Below are positions 1 through 10,957 of a stretch of 64,000 nt of DNA, piece by piece; position 1 is the first letter of the stretch; each line of letters begins with the position of its first letter. The notes under the pieces are model-generated. The model had not been told where the DNA came from and did not search any database. It worked only from the letters and a program-made list of their open reading frames with translations. A program made the translations under genes and the position numbers. This stretch comes from Promethearchaeota archaeon (lineage in GTDB: Archaea > Asgardarchaeota > Lokiarchaeia > Sigyniarchaeales > SOKP01): NCBI GenBank assembly GCA_019057795.1, contig JAHLWS010000069.1, positions 32,001 through 96,000 of the forward strand, read 5' to 3'.

Positions 1-1
1 A

Positions 2-382
2 GAGTATTTTTGGGATTGCTCTTCGTAATTCTCCCTCTTCTTGGAATCCTTTAAAATCCGTAATTTCTCGTTCGTCCATCCATGTAAGCGCAGGATGCAA
101 TACTTCACCATTTATATCAATGATAGTCGTAGTTGCCCTTTGAAAGGCTGCTGAAATTCCAATTATGTCATTTGGGTCTATTACTCCACTTTTTATAATT
201 TTGTTACAAGTACTTTTGACAGCATTCCACCATATTATTGGGTCCTGCTCTGAGATTCCAATTGGTTGTTCTACAACGGGATACTCTTCATAAGCCCGAG
301 CTATTTCTTTCCCGTTTATATCGAAAATCATTGTTCTTGTACCTGTTGTTCCAACATCAAAAACACATATTAAATCGCTCAT
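2..382 (-). CDS. FGGY-family carbohydrate kinase (xylulokinase/glycerol kinase-like), 5' part; runs off the window edge
   Basis: Manual translation from the ATG at 382 gives MSDLICVFDVGTTGTRTMIFDINGKEIARAYEEYP...EQDPIIWW...ISAAFQRATT...PALTWMDER. This carries the FGGY motifs DxGTT, EQDP and WxDxR. Confidence 0.88.
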   Translation of the reverse strand, partial: MSDLICVFDVGTTGTRTMIFDINGKEIARAYEEYPVVEQPIGISEQDPIIWWNAVKSTCNKIIKSGVIDPNDIIGISAAFQRATTTIIDINGEVLHPALTWMDEREITDFKGFQEEGELRRAIPKIL

Positions 383-437
383 TTAATCACTTTAAAAATA
401 TATTTTAAATAAATTAATTAAAAATAATTTTTTCATA

Positions 438-1712
438 TTAAAGTACTTTATTTAATAATTCAGACACGTCTACTATTTTAATCTTTTCTTTTTCATCTTC
501 TTCAAGTCCATAAGCCAAGCCTAATTCACATAATGGACATGCAGAAACAAAAACTTCTGCTCCCGTTTCCTTTAACTCATTGACTCTATTAGAAGCCTGT
601 TTAATCGCTAAATCTTTATCGGCCCAATGAGCTGTACCACTCCAACCACAACAATGTACGTATTCTTTAGTATATGTTGGTTCTACCAATTCCAGACTTG
701 GAATCTTACCAAGGATGTCTCTAATAGATGAAGTATCGTTCATATTTCTAGCAATAAGACAAGGATCGTGGATCGTTACTTTTTTCAAATCATCAGGTAT
801 ATTTTTTGTTGGCTCGATTTTACCTTCGTCTAACAATTTTTTGATGTATTTTGCTATATGAATTATTTTTTTATCGATTTTAATTCCCGCGCTTTCGTAT
901 CTTTTGGTTAATGTTAAAATACAACCAGGGCAATCTGATACAACAACATTGGCGCCCGTAGATTCAATCAATTCCTTGTTTTTATTAGCAAATCCTTTCG
1001 CTGTTTCAAAATCTCTTATATTAAATGCTGGGCCCCCACAACATACTTTTTTATCGAGATTGGTGGAAAATTTTACTCCTGCTTTTTTAAGAATTTCAAT
1101 GTTTGCCTTTATTACTTCTGGGAACTTCATTGACTCGCAACCAATATAATAATAAACCTCGTCATTACCGTCAGTTTCAACATTTTCAATCCCTTTTTCT
1201 TTATAGGTTTCGTAAATGTTGTACCCTTCAATTGTGTTTGAGCTTTTTAATTTATCAATTTGCTCCTTACAATAATCAGGCATTAATCCTTTATCGTTTA
1301 GATCGTCTCTTACAGTTTCTAACAAAGAAACAACTGAAAAGTCAAAAGGACACCAAATTTTACAACTCTCTTCGTTGGAACACATATACATAAGATCAAT
1401 AAATGCTTTATTTTCTTCCTTTGTAGGATCTATTTTCCCTATTGACAGATAATATCCAATTCGTGCTTTATAAGCGGGACTCATAGTTTCTGATTGCGAA
1501 GCTTGAAGCGTACCACAGTCAAACCTGCACATATTTGGACAAAGCATACATTTAATTAAATTACCAATATCTGCTTTATATTCTCCTTTAGGGTAAAAGT
1601 TCTTCTTTGTTGAGCGCATATTTTTCATTAGAATTGCTTTAATATCCCTATCTGCTTTACTAAGGAGTGGAAGCATCCATTTATACTTTTTTAATGTTTC
1701 GAAAGCACCCAT
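438..1712 (-). CDS. Fe-S oxidoreductase, GlpC/GlcF/HdrD-like (CCG domains)
   Basis: Ferredoxin-like CMLCPNMCRFDC and CSNEESCKIWCP motifs, plus CCG-domain motifs VCCGGP, SDCPGC, HDPC, HCCG and SACPLC. Confidence 0.85.
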   Translation of the reverse strand: MGAFETLKKYKWMLPLLSKADRDIKAILMKNMRSTKKNFYPKGEYKADIGNLIKCMLCPNMCRFDCGTLQASQSETMSPAYKARIGYYLSIGKIDPTKEENKAFIDLMYMCSNEESCKIWCPFDFSVVSLLETVRDDLNDKGLMPDYCKEQIDKLKSSNTIEGYNIYETYKEKGIENVETDGNDEVYYYIGCESMKFPEVIKANIEILKKAGVKFSTNLDKKVCCGGPAFNIRDFETAKGFANKNKELIESTGANVVVSDCPGCILTLTKRYESAGIKIDKKIIHIAKYIKKLLDEGKIEPTKNIPDDLKKVTIHDPCLIARNMNDTSSIRDILGKIPSLELVEPTYTKEYVHCCGWSGTAHWADKDLAIKQASNRVNELKETGAEVFVSACPLCELGLAYGLEEDEKEKIKIVDVSELLNKVL

Positions 1713-3191
1713 TCATTTTTCGCCTCTCTTCCATGTATCCACATAAATTTTACCTGGATTTAAAATATTATTAGGATCTAAGAGTTTTTTAATTTCTTTC
1801 ATAGTTTTCAGAGATTCCCCCCATTCTTCAGCCATCCAATGAGATCTATTAATACCTACTCCATGATGGTGCCCAATGGAACCCCCAGCGTCTAAAACTG
1901 CTTTAATTGTTGAATTCCAACAATTTTGATAAAATTCAAGATCAGATGTACCTTTAGGAGGGACACCTCCAAACGTAAAATAGATACCAATGCCATTTGG
2001 ATAAAAGTGTGAAACATGAGCCGTTATTAGTAGATTACCTTTTACCTTGCCCGTTGCTTCTAATACGGAATAATATAACTTTGTTGCGTTCTCCCATAAA
2101 GAAGCGACTTCAATAGTATCAAAGACTAATTTATAAGCAGGCATCGAAGAAGTTTCGGTAACTTTAAATCTAGTTTCAAACCAATGTTCTACCGGAGCCT
2201 CTCCGCAATCTATCCCAAGATTTTTCTCACATTTTTCTCTTGTGATTATCTCTTCTAAATCAACTAGTTTTTGGTTTCCTTCACAAACGAAAATAACCAT
2301 TACTTTATCTTTCGCATTTTCAACTTCGCCAAAATGCCTATTAGTTTCTGATTGGTCGTAAATTCTGATAACCGCAGGATTCATATTCTCCCTTAAAATT
2401 TCTCTTACAGCTTCAAAAGAGGCTTCAATTGAAGGAAATGTGTATGATATTAATGTTCTTTTTTCCGGAATAGGCCATATTTTCAATGTTGCTTGTGTAA
2501 CTATCCCTAAGGTTCCTTCTCCTCCTATAAATAATTTATCAAGTAAAGGTCCTGTTGATGCTCCTGCAATCGTTTTGAATTTGATAAGGTCGCCTTGTGG
2601 TAATATTACATCCATACCTAAAACTATATCTTCAATTTTACCATATTTGGTTGAAAATTGACCCGCTGCTCTATGAGCAATCCAACCACCTAGTGAAGAT
2701 GTGTAAAGAGATTGTGGTATGTGCCCCGTAGTATATCCTTTAGCCTCCAAAAACCTTTCTAAATTCATTCCATTAATTCCAGCTTGAGCGGTTACCGTTA
2801 AATTTTTCTCGTTTATATCCACGATCTTGTTAAACTTTTTCATATCAAGAATTATACCCCCATAAATAGGTATAGCGCCTCCAACAACTCCAGAACCCTC
2901 AGCAAATGGAATTACAGGGATTTTCTCTAGATTTGCTAGCTTTAAAATTTCTGAAATTTGAATGACATTTTCTGGCCAAGTTATAAAATCAGGTAAACCT
3001 GCAATTATTCCTTGTATTGTCCAATTCAAAGCTATCATCGAAGTGTCTTTTGTATAAGCCAATAAGTCCACTTCTTCAGTCGAAACATTTTTTTCTCCGA
3101 TAATCTCAATTAGTTTTAACTTAATGTTTGACTTATTTTTAATTTCAGAGCGATTTTCCTTATATATTATTTCAAAATCTTTAAAATCCAT
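1713..3191 (-). CDS. FAD-linked oxidoreductase, VAO/PCMH family, alkyl-DHAP synthase (AGPS)/YgcU-like
   Basis: Motifs PFAEGSGVVGG, GHIPQS..SSLGGW, GGEGTLGIVT, GGSIGHHHGVG and C-terminal LDPNNILNPGK. It abuts the Fe-S gene with no gap. Confidence 0.85.
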   Translation of the reverse strand: MDFKDFEIIYKENRSEIKNKSNIKLKLIEIIGEKNVSTEEVDLLAYTKDTSMIALNWTIQGIIAGLPDFITWPENVIQISEILKLANLEKIPVIPFAEGSGVVGGAIPIYGGIILDMKKFNKIVDINEKNLTVTAQAGINGMNLERFLEAKGYTTGHIPQSLYTSSLGGWIAHRAAGQFSTKYGKIEDIVLGMDVILPQGDLIKFKTIAGASTGPLLDKLFIGGEGTLGIVTQATLKIWPIPEKRTLISYTFPSIEASFEAVREILRENMNPAVIRIYDQSETNRHFGEVENAKDKVMVIFVCEGNQKLVDLEEIITREKCEKNLGIDCGEAPVEHWFETRFKVTETSSMPAYKLVFDTIEVASLWENATKLYYSVLEATGKVKGNLLITAHVSHFYPNGIGIYFTFGGVPPKGTSDLEFYQNCWNSTIKAVLDAGGSIGHHHGVGINRSHWMAEEWGESLKTMKEIKKLLDPNNILNPGKIYVDTWKRGEK

Positions 3192-3316
3192 ATAAAATCA
3201 GTATTTAATTTATGGTTTGTTATCATAGTAAAATGATTAGAATTAATTTAAAATTTCTACTTTTATTAATATTCTAACACTATTTGTAACAAAAACTACG
3301 AGAAAAAGCGTGTAAA

Positions 3317-4801
3317 TTAATAAAATGTTTCTCCTGTAATTCTATTCACCTTTAAATGTCTAAACCTAGCTTGAGTTTTAATCAGCTCCATATTTAAAGA
3401 TACTTTCTCTACAACCTCGGGGGGAAATAAATATTTAGCCAGTTGAATAATCATCTGTCGAGTTTCAATACAATTAAATAATTTAAGAATTTCTAATGCG
3501 TAAAACAGCTCGGAAATTAAATCAAAATTCATATCTGCTGAAAACTCAAGAAGTTCTAAATTTCTATAAATTCTAGATATTATACTTGATAAAAGGTCGT
3601 AGTCTTTTACCCTTTCTAAAGTATTTCTCATATAATTACAAAATAATACGTAATAAGTCGCTTCAGATGAAATAAAGCCATCTCTATATTGCTTTATTCC
3701 TTCCGGTGTTATTCTATGTTCTAATTCTTCCAATATTGCATAAATATTGTCTTCTATGTTACGAGCACGAATAAGATTATAAATTTTTAAGATTACAACT
3801 AGTTGAGATGTTTCTAAATTCTTTAGATAAGATTGCTCGAAATATTTAGAATCAGCTTCTATTAAACTATTAAGTTGAGAATTTGTAAGCCACAATTTCA
3901 TAAATTGTGTAGCTTTTAATAGGTAATATACTCCATCAGTAGCTTGTACTAAGGGTGCTTCAAACTCATCTATCCCTTCTTCATATAAATCCATTAAAAA
4001 ATTCTTAATTTTATCTTTGTCTAATTTTAGATTAAAAAGGTTTGCTAAATAAATCCCACAAAAATAGAGGTCAGGATTTTTTAAAGTAACAAGCGGAATT
4101 GTAACCAACCACTCACTCATATTATTCAAAATGTATTCTTTAATATGAGAAAAATCAAATCTCCTTTCTAAGTGGAAAAAGCTAATTATACGGTCTATTA
4201 AATATAAAAGTTGTAATTTTTCTTTTGGATCCTCTAAATCTTCTAAAACCTCAATTCTTTTTTTATTTCCAATTAATTTCTTTACGAATCGCTCTTGAAT
4301 TTGAAGATATTTCTTCAAATTTTCTTTTTTTTCTGGATGTTTATTAATTAGATCTTTTAAATTTCTCAATTCAACTATAAATTCTAAACTCAGAAAATCT
4401 TTTGATTTCAAATTTAGTATAATTGGATTAACATTAATATCAACTAAATAATCTACAACTTTTTCTAAAAAAATCTCATACATAATAGGTGCTATTTTTA
4501 TATCGTAAATTTCATGAATAGAAGAAATTTTACAATTACCATTAGGATTAATCTCAAAGAAAAGGTCTAAAAATTTATTTTCTATTTCTTCTAGCTCAAA
4601 TTCCATTTCTAGTAAATCTGCTTTGATAAAATCTAAAATTTCAGCAAATCTATTATCCAAATTATCTATTTCAATTTTCTTCATTTTAACATAATTATAA
4701 ATTCTTTCGCGAAAAAATTGGTCTACCCTATTATAAAAAGAATCAACATTGTCGAGGTATAAACTAAAAATGTTAAATAATCCTTGAAAAATCATTGACA
4801 A
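3317..4801 (-). CDS. Hypothetical protein, possibly with C-terminal alpha/alpha-toroid (prenyltransferase-repeat-like) helices
   Basis: 494-aa ORF with helical motifs ATDGVYYLLKA, SEATYYVLFC and SELFYALEILKLF that resemble prenyltransferase/squalene-cyclase repeats. The fold call is weak. Confidence 0.55.
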   Translation of the reverse strand: MSMIFQGLFNIFSLYLDNVDSFYNRVDQFFRERIYNYVKMKKIEIDNLDNRFAEILDFIKADLLEMEFELEEIENKFLDLFFEINPNGNCKISSIHEIYDIKIAPIMYEIFLEKVVDYLVDINVNPIILNLKSKDFLSLEFIVELRNLKDLINKHPEKKENLKKYLQIQERFVKKLIGNKKRIEVLEDLEDPKEKLQLLYLIDRIISFFHLERRFDFSHIKEYILNNMSEWLVTIPLVTLKNPDLYFCGIYLANLFNLKLDKDKIKNFLMDLYEEGIDEFEAPLVQATDGVYYLLKATQFMKLWLTNSQLNSLIEADSKYFEQSYLKNLETSQLVVILKIYNLIRARNIEDNIYAILEELEHRITPEGIKQYRDGFISSEATYYVLFCNYMRNTLERVKDYDLLSSIISRIYRNLELLEFSADMNFDLISELFYALEILKLFNCIETRQMIIQLAKYLFPPEVVEKVSLNMELIKTQARFRHLKVNRITGETFY

Positions 4802-5171
4802 CTACCCGAAATTTTAATACCAGTTTTAATTATAGCTATACTCAATATATTTTATAGAATATATGGAAGAACAGAAATTAATATTTTATTCTTATTTCAA
4901 TAAAATGAAAATATTTGCCGATTATTATTTAATTAGGCGGTTATATTTAAGTATGAAATTTATCAAAAAAAAATTAAAAATGATAATAGGTTCTTAATGT
5001 CTTTAATTTAAAATTTATAATTTTAACTCGTAATAAAAATCCTTCTATGAAATTAAAGATTTGACCATTTGAATTTTAACCTTAATGGATACTTAAAATT
5101 CGAAAAAATTACTTCATAAAATTTAAAATTAAAGAATAATCTATATATATAAGATAATTTTTAAGGAAACG

Positions 5172-6608
5172 ATGAAAAATATGACTTCAAATATATTTGG
5201 TACTTCAGGCATAAGAAAGGTGTTCCAAAATTATAGCGAGACAGATCTCATGTTTACGCCGCAAATGGCTTTAGATGTGGGATTGGCGTTGGGCACATAT
5301 TTAAAAGGTAAAGGAATCGTAGTTATCGGGAAGGATATTAGAACTTCTGCTTTACCAATAGAATATTCATTAATCTCAGGGATTTTAAGTACGGGATGTA
5401 ATGTGAAAACATTAGGAATTGTAACTACGCCCACATTAGCAATGTCTTTACGATATCTAAAAGGGGATGCTGGTGTTGAAATCACAGCCTCTCATAATAC
5501 TCCCGAATACATCGGGCTCAAGTTATGGAATCCTTCAGGTATAGGGTATTCCCACGAGCAAGAAGATGAAATTTCGCGAATATATGACGAGAAGGATTTT
5601 CTTGATATCAAATGGGATCAAATTGGAAGAGTTACTCAGGTTAATGATATTAACGATAAACACATTTCAGATATAATGGATCGTATAGCATTTGATGGGA
5701 GTAAACTTAATGTTATAGTTGACCCTGGAAACGGAGCAGGATGTGAAATTGTCCCAAGGTTATTAAGTGCTTACAATGTAAATATTATTACCATAAATGC
5801 GCAGATGGATGGTAAATTCCCTGGAAGAAATTCAGAACCTAGCGAAAAAAATTTGATTCAGATTTCCAAATTTCTGAAAATATCAACACAAGAAGATATT
5901 GGAATAGCGCTAGACGGGGATGCTGATAGAGTTATTTTCTTAGATGAAACTGGTGAGATTGTCGATCCAGTTAGGTTATTAGCCCTCTTGGCGAAATATT
6001 ATATACAAAATAATAAAAATAAAATTTCATTGAATGATATGAAAATATCTACTCCAGTAAACTCATCTAGCTTAATTGAAGATGTGTTACAACCGCTAGG
6101 TTGCGAAGTAATAAGAACTGAGGTCGGAGATATTCAAGTAGCTCAAGCTTTACAGAAGAATGGGGGATTCTTAGGTGGAGAAACTTCAGGTACTTATATT
6201 TGGCCCAGCTTCCATTTAGGTCCAGATTCAATAGTCACAATTGGATTAGTATTGCAAATGATAGTCAAAACAGGAAAAAATTTAATAGAATTATTGAAAG
6301 AAATACCAAAATATCCCTACTACCGTAAACAATTTCAGCTTATAAAAGACATTCCCTTTACTGATGAGATAAACCAAAAAATTATTACTGAGATGAAAGA
6401 GAGCTTCGAATCTATGGGAAAAGTTTTAAAATCTATTAATAAAATGGACGGTTGTCGATTCGATTACGATAATGGATGGATTTTAATAAGACGTTCAGGA
6501 ACTAGCCCATATTTAAGAATTTCTGGTGAATCTAGTGTCGATATAAATCAATCAATTGAAATGAATAAAATAGCAGAAGAAAAAATGAAGAAATTAAATT
6601 TAATATAA
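5172..6608 (+). CDS. glmM: Phosphoglucosamine mutase / alpha-D-phosphohexomutase
   Basis: FGTSGIR, catalytic TASHN, metal loop DGDADR, GGETSG and RRSGTSP. It lies beside glmS and glmU. Confidence 0.85.
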   Translation: MKNMTSNIFGTSGIRKVFQNYSETDLMFTPQMALDVGLALGTYLKGKGIVVIGKDIRTSALPIEYSLISGILSTGCNVKTLGIVTTPTLAMSLRYLKGDAGVEITASHNTPEYIGLKLWNPSGIGYSHEQEDEISRIYDEKDFLDIKWDQIGRVTQVNDINDKHISDIMDRIAFDGSKLNVIVDPGNGAGCEIVPRLLSAYNVNIITINAQMDGKFPGRNSEPSEKNLIQISKFLKISTQEDIGIALDGDADRVIFLDETGEIVDPVRLLALLAKYYIQNNKNKISLNDMKISTPVNSSSLIEDVLQPLGCEVIRTEVGDIQVAQALQKNGGFLGGETSGTYIWPSFHLGPDSIVTIGLVLQMIVKTGKNLIELLKEIPKYPYYRKQFQLIKDIPFTDEINQKIITEMKESFESMGKVLKSINKMDGCRFDYDNGWILIRRSGTSPYLRISGESSVDINQSIEMNKIAEEKMKKLNLI

Positions 6609-6642
6609 AGCTTTTCTAAAGCATCTATTTTTTTATGTGGAA

Positions 6643-7605
6643 TTAACTGTTTCTAATTTCTATTTCTATTCCTTTTTGTTCAAGCTTTTTTTTGTTAGCA
6701 AGAAGTTCTCGACCAGCGATTTTGTCTAATACATAGGTCAGATTACCACCATTATTTGAATATATCTGCCCATAAGAAATTGGAATATCTGGAGTTGGAT
6801 CATTTAATAACGATTTGGTGACTGATTCAACCTTACGTTCGCCATTAGCCAACAGAATTACTGCCTTTGCTTTATATACTAATTCAGCCCCCATACTGAT
6901 TGCATACTGAGGGGACTCTTCTTTTGTAGCGAAATGACCATCTGTCACAGCATTTTCTACAGTGTTATCGTCAAGTTTTACTAATAAAACGTTACTCCCT
7001 TCAAAAGGGATTCCTGATTCATGAAAAGCAACATGACCACGACCTCCAACGCCTATTATATGTAAATCAATACCACCAGCATCTGTAATTTTTTGAACAT
7101 ACCCTTCTAGTATTGTTTTTTGAATCCACTTTAAATAATCTGACACCGGATTTTCTTTAATAGATATCGATTTACCTGCATCTGTACCCAATTCACTCCA
7201 GTCTTCTGGATTTGCGTCAAGTTCATTTATTAATTGTTTTTGATCAATCAAACAACCATAAGGGACCGAGGTCTCGATGAATTTTTTATCAAGAAGCCCA
7301 AAAAATTCTTGAATCATAAAATAACAATAACTCTCTGGATGTAGCATTCGTTGTTGAGCATTTTCACCAGGGAGACCTACATATTCATCAAGATTAAAGC
7401 TACGAATTCGAGTACTATCAAATTCACCAGAATTAGCCATCCGAGCTAAATTTTTATACATCCCGGTAGGTGAATTTCCTGTTGCAAGCCCTAAAACATA
7501 TTCACCCTTGTCTTGTAATCCTTGGATGATATGTTCTTTTACGATTTCTGCTGCAACCTTACTTAGTTGTTCAAAATTATCTGTTACAAATACTTTAATC
7601 GCCAT
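6643..7605 (-). CDS. nagB: Glucosamine-6-phosphate deaminase (NagB) family protein
   Basis: VLGLATGNSP, FNLDEYVGL, GVGGRGHVAFHE and AISMG motifs. Confidence 0.75.
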   Translation of the reverse strand: MAIKVFVTDNFEQLSKVAAEIVKEHIIQGLQDKGEYVLGLATGNSPTGMYKNLARMANSGEFDSTRIRSFNLDEYVGLPGENAQQRMLHPESYCYFMIQEFFGLLDKKFIETSVPYGCLIDQKQLINELDANPEDWSELGTDAGKSISIKENPVSDYLKWIQKTILEGYVQKITDAGGIDLHIIGVGGRGHVAFHESGIPFEGSNVLLVKLDDNTVENAVTDGHFATKEESPQYAISMGAELVYKAKAVILLANGERKVESVTKSLLNDPTPDIPISYGQIYSNNGGNLTYVLDKIAGRELLANKKKLEQKGIEIEIRNS

Positions 7606-7750
7606 TAAAAATACTTCTAAAATTTATTTTAAACTAAAAAAAGGTTTACATAATAAAAATTTAATTATATGAACTTCTTGGATTATATTTGTTATATCTT
7701 CGTTCGGGAACAAAAATATTTTTATTCCTTTCATTCTTTTCTATTTTTAA

Positions 7751-9601
7751 ATGTGTGGTATTTTTGGAATAATTACTAATCAAGAAATTCCTTTAGGAAA
7801 AGTTGTCTTAGAAGGAATTAAACGATTAGAATACCGTGGATATGATTCATGTGGTATTGTTTCACTCTGTAATTCTAAATTATTTGTTAAAAAAGAGGCT
7901 GGAAAAATTGCTGATATCTGTAAAAAAGTTAAATTAGATGAGTTTCCTGATGGTTCGAAACTTGCGTTGGCCCATACAAGATGGGCAACTCATGGGGCAC
8001 CTACTAAACAAAACAGTCATCCGCATTTAGATTGTTTCAACAAAATTGCAGTTGTGCATAATGGGATAATAGAAAATTTTATGGAATTACGGAATGAACT
8101 CTCTTCTACAGGACACTCGTTTAAATCAGATACTGATACTGAAGTTATTCCCCATTTAATTGAAGATTTTATGAAAAAAGGTTTTAATCTTAAGCTTGCT
8201 ACCATAAGCGCATTAAAAAAATGTAAAGGAGCATACGCAATAGCAGTCTGTCAGGTTGATAATCCTGATACGATTATAGTTGCTCGAAAGGAATCTCCTT
8301 TAATAATTGGAATAGAAGAAGGAAAAACAACTTATTGTTCTTCAGATATTCCTGCTTTTCTACCTCTTACTCGTAAATGTTATATAATGGAAGATAACGA
8401 ACTTGCTGTTTTGAAAGCGGGAGAAGTAAAATTTTTTGATCTTAAAAACGATAATGAATTGATTAAAAAAAAAATACAAAATATTGAATGGAATATAGAT
8501 GCTGCTGAAAAATGTGGTTATGAGCATTTTATGCTAAAAGAAATTTTCGAACAACCAAATGCATTAAGGTATACTATGAAAATTTCAGAGCAACTTTTAA
8601 GTAAGTTCGCAAACGCTTTATTATCAGCAGATAACATATATATTACTGCTGCGGGTACATCTTATCACGCAGCACTAGCAGGAAAATTTATAATTACTAG
8701 ATTTCTTGGTAAAAACATTCAAGATATAGAATGCTCTGAATTTGAGACTCAACTAACAGGTAGTTTACAAGATGATTCCGTGATTATTGCAATCTCTCAA
8801 TCAGGTGAAACGATTGATACGATTGAAGCGATTAGATGGGCAAAAAAGGCAAAGTCTGTTAAAATCTTAACGATTACTAATGTTGTAGGCTCATCGATTA
8901 CTAGGTATTCCGATCACGTGATCGTAACAAATGCAGGACCTGAGATTGGTGTAGCCGCAACAAAAACGTATAGCACACAAGTTCTTGCTCTTGCTTTGAT
9001 AGCAGTTTCAATCGCAAAAATTAGAAAAATAATATCAGACGAAGATATAATAAAATACTACGGTGCTTTAACTGGAATTCCTAATATCATTGAAAATTTC
9101 CTTAAAAAAAATGTTGATTTAATTAAATATATCGTAAATAATTTAGAAAAAAATCTGAATTATTTCTTTTTAGCAAGAGGTATTTCAATCGCAACTGCCA
9201 AAGAAGGAGGATTAAAATTGAAAGAAGTTGCTTGTCGATTTATCGAAGGTTATTCAGCAGCTTCTGCTAAACATGGGCCAATTTCTTTAGTAAGAGAAGG
9301 ATTTCCTATAATTTTTATTGCTCCACCTGACGAGACATATAATAGATTAGTTGGGAACGTAATGGAGTTCAAATCTAGAGGAGGAAGAATTATTTCCGTC
9401 GTTGTGGAAAGCGATGTAAAAATAACAAAATTAAGTGACATAACAATTCGAATTCCTCAACCCGCTGATAAATATCATAATCTTTTCAGCCCAATTACTT
9501 TCATGCCTGCCTTACAATTATTAGCCTATTATGCTGCCTTAGCTCATGATCTAGACCCCGATAAACCATTAAATCTTAGTAAGACTGTGACCGTTCATTA
9601 A
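7751..9601 (+). CDS. glmS: Glutamine-fructose-6-phosphate aminotransferase (isomerizing)
   Basis: N-terminal MCGIFG, LEYRGYDS, HTRWATHG, HNGIIEN, SQSGET, LKLKE, KHGP and C-terminal NLSKTVTV. Confidence 0.96.
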   Translation: MCGIFGIITNQEIPLGKVVLEGIKRLEYRGYDSCGIVSLCNSKLFVKKEAGKIADICKKVKLDEFPDGSKLALAHTRWATHGAPTKQNSHPHLDCFNKIAVVHNGIIENFMELRNELSSTGHSFKSDTDTEVIPHLIEDFMKKGFNLKLATISALKKCKGAYAIAVCQVDNPDTIIVARKESPLIIGIEEGKTTYCSSDIPAFLPLTRKCYIMEDNELAVLKAGEVKFFDLKNDNELIKKKIQNIEWNIDAAEKCGYEHFMLKEIFEQPNALRYTMKISEQLLSKFANALLSADNIYITAAGTSYHAALAGKFIITRFLGKNIQDIECSEFETQLTGSLQDDSVIIAISQSGETIDTIEAIRWAKKAKSVKILTITNVVGSSITRYSDHVIVTNAGPEIGVAATKTYSTQVLALALIAVSIAKIRKIISDEDIIKYYGALTGIPNIIENFLKKNVDLIKYIVNNLEKNLNYFFLARGISIATAKEGGLKLKEVACRFIEGYSAASAKHGPISLVREGFPIIFIAPPDETYNRLVGNVMEFKSRGGRIISVVVESDVKITKLSDITIRIPQPADKYHNLFSPITFMPALQLLAYYAALAHDLDPDKPLNLSKTVTVH

Positions 9602-9715
9602 AGATATTCTTTATTCTTATTAAAGTTCAAAATTCTTCCTATTATTGCTATTTTAACAATATTAAAAATATAATAAGAATAAGAAAAAAAGTAGTATTAA
9701 ATGAAAAGATGATTT

Positions 9716-10957
9716 CTAAATAAAGGATGGAAGATACTTCAATATTGCATTTCTTGTATTTTCAACGATACTCAAAAGCCAAGAAGTTCCAACTTTTAAA
9801 TTGTGCTCGTCCAAATTTTGTATTACATTGATATAATCCTTATTTGTTGTATCTATGTTATTTATAAATTCATCCTTCATTTTCTCGTCACCAGAATACG
9901 ATAGACATTCATTAAAGCATTTTTCGATTTTTTGTATGTTTTCAAGTAGTTCTCTTTTTTGATTTATCAACTCATTTGACACTTCATTACCCTTAATCGA
10001 TTTATACAATTCAATGGATTTTTCCATCTTACTAGCTAATTGTTTGAATCTTTTAATTCTCTCGTTGAAAATAATCTCAAGTTTTTCAAGTGCACCTTCA
10101 TAAAGTAGTTTTTCCATATCACTTCCTTGAAAAAACTTAGAACGTACAATTAGATACCATTGTTTAAGAGCTATTATGTTTGCTATATATTCAATACAAT
10201 TTATAACCCTTCTTTTAACGCTCCAATATAATCCCGGATAGAAATCCATATCCCCTTTTTGAGGCTCTTTACCCATTAAAAGTTTATGGCCTTGGGGACA
10301 ATCTCCACGGTAAATAACTCCAGCTGCAATTACTGTCTTATAACCTATCCGACTAGGTCCTACTATTCCGCCTTGGCCCCCTAAAAAGATGGGAGGTTGA
10401 TTGAGCATAACACCATATGCTACATCTCCAATTAAAGATGCAGTTGCTTTATCCTGATTAGGTGTATAATTAAAATGAATATACGAACTACCCACTTCAC
10501 TATGGTTTATTCTGCTCGTCCCGCCTGCCATTAAAACATCACAAAAATTAATAATGCTCCCTAATGTCACAAATGGAAAAAGAATTGTTTGTTTAAGACC
10601 TACTGTATGGGCACCATTTGCTTTCTCCTCCAGCAGGCATCCCTCCCGTACTTCAGCACCATCCTGAAACATTGATCCTTTAAGAAATGTTGATCCTTCA
10701 AAATATCCACCTTTTAATTCAACTTTTCTCCCTAATTGACAATTTTTAATAGTAACTGGAGACCTACTGCCCAGCTTAACTCCCGGCATAATAAGTGTCT
10801 TTTTGCCAAATATTTTACATCCTGAGTGTATTGTAACATCCTCAGATGATATCAGATTAATGTTGACTTCCTCGCCTATTTCAACCGAAGAAGGATTTGG
10901 TATTTTGACTCCTTTTTCAATTAAAGCAGTAATTAATGAGTTTTTATTATTTACCAT
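9716..10957 (-). CDS. GlmU-related left-handed beta-helix (hexapeptide-repeat) protein, putative acetyltransferase
   Basis: The N-terminus GVKIPNPSSVEIG and the hexapeptide periodicity resemble the GlmU C-terminal LbH domain. There is no nucleotidyltransferase LAAG motif, and the C-terminus is a helical extension. Confidence 0.6.
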   Translation of the reverse strand: MVNNKNSLITALIEKGVKIPNPSSVEIGEEVNINLISSEDVTIHSGCKIFGKKTLIMPGVKLGSRSPVTIKNCQLGRKVELKGGYFEGSTFLKGSMFQDGAEVREGCLLEEKANGAHTVGLKQTILFPFVTLGSIINFCDVLMAGGTSRINHSEVGSSYIHFNYTPNQDKATASLIGDVAYGVMLNQPPIFLGGQGGIVGPSRIGYKTVIAAGVIYRGDCPQGHKLLMGKEPQKGDMDFYPGLYWSVKRRVINCIEYIANIIALKQWYLIVRSKFFQGSDMEKLLYEGALEKLEIIFNERIKRFKQLASKMEKSIELYKSIKGNEVSNELINQKRELLENIQKIEKCFNECLSYSGDEKMKDEFINNIDTTNKDYINVIQNLDEHNLKVGTSWLLSIVENTRNAILKYLPSFI

